Assembly: GCF_006345805.1 (NCBI RefSeq)
Contig: NC_043000.1
Location: forward strand, 110,360,001-110,424,000
From: Octopus sinensis
Lineage: Eukaryota
DNA: 64,000 bases
Reading direction: 5' to 3'
Position numbers and translations under genes: made by a program. This document shows positions 63,962-64,000 of this stretch, piece after piece. The notes beneath the pieces were generated by a model, which ran no database searches, was not told the DNA's origin, and saw nothing but the letters and a program-made list of their open reading frames with translations. Numbering within the stretch: the stretch's first letter is position 1; every line of letters begins with the position of its first letter.

Positions 63962-64000
<39 letters not shown>

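Overview
AT-rich, repeat-saturated eukaryotic DNA with no host protein-coding gene that I can recognise. Most long ORFs in the supplied track are microsatellite translations. The very dense di/tri/tetranucleotide tracts and the tRNA-derived SINE families resemble an octopus (coleoid cephalopod) genome; that assignment is inference from memory, not a search result. Contents: (i) three tRNA-headed SINE families (my labels A, B, C), several copies with 17-20 bp target-site duplications (TSDs); (ii) decayed non-LTR retrotransposons found by manual translation: an RTE with its 5' end (37.4-40.4 kb), other RTE pieces, four CR1-group 3' ends, and two different remnants with a zinc knuckle plus restriction-like endonuclease (RLE); (iii) hAT-, Tigger- and Helentron-type non-autonomous elements; (iv) many near-perfect palindromes and fold-backs, several lodged in (TA)n; (v) one 100-N assembly gap. 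The most unusual signals are a SINE-A subfamily whose tail repeatedly joins a GGT target, a motif also present in its own head, giving 184-bp tandem arrays, and the set of palindromic mini-elements. A TATA/Inr/donor arrangement and a few splice-bounded segments are low-confidence hints of a host gene.
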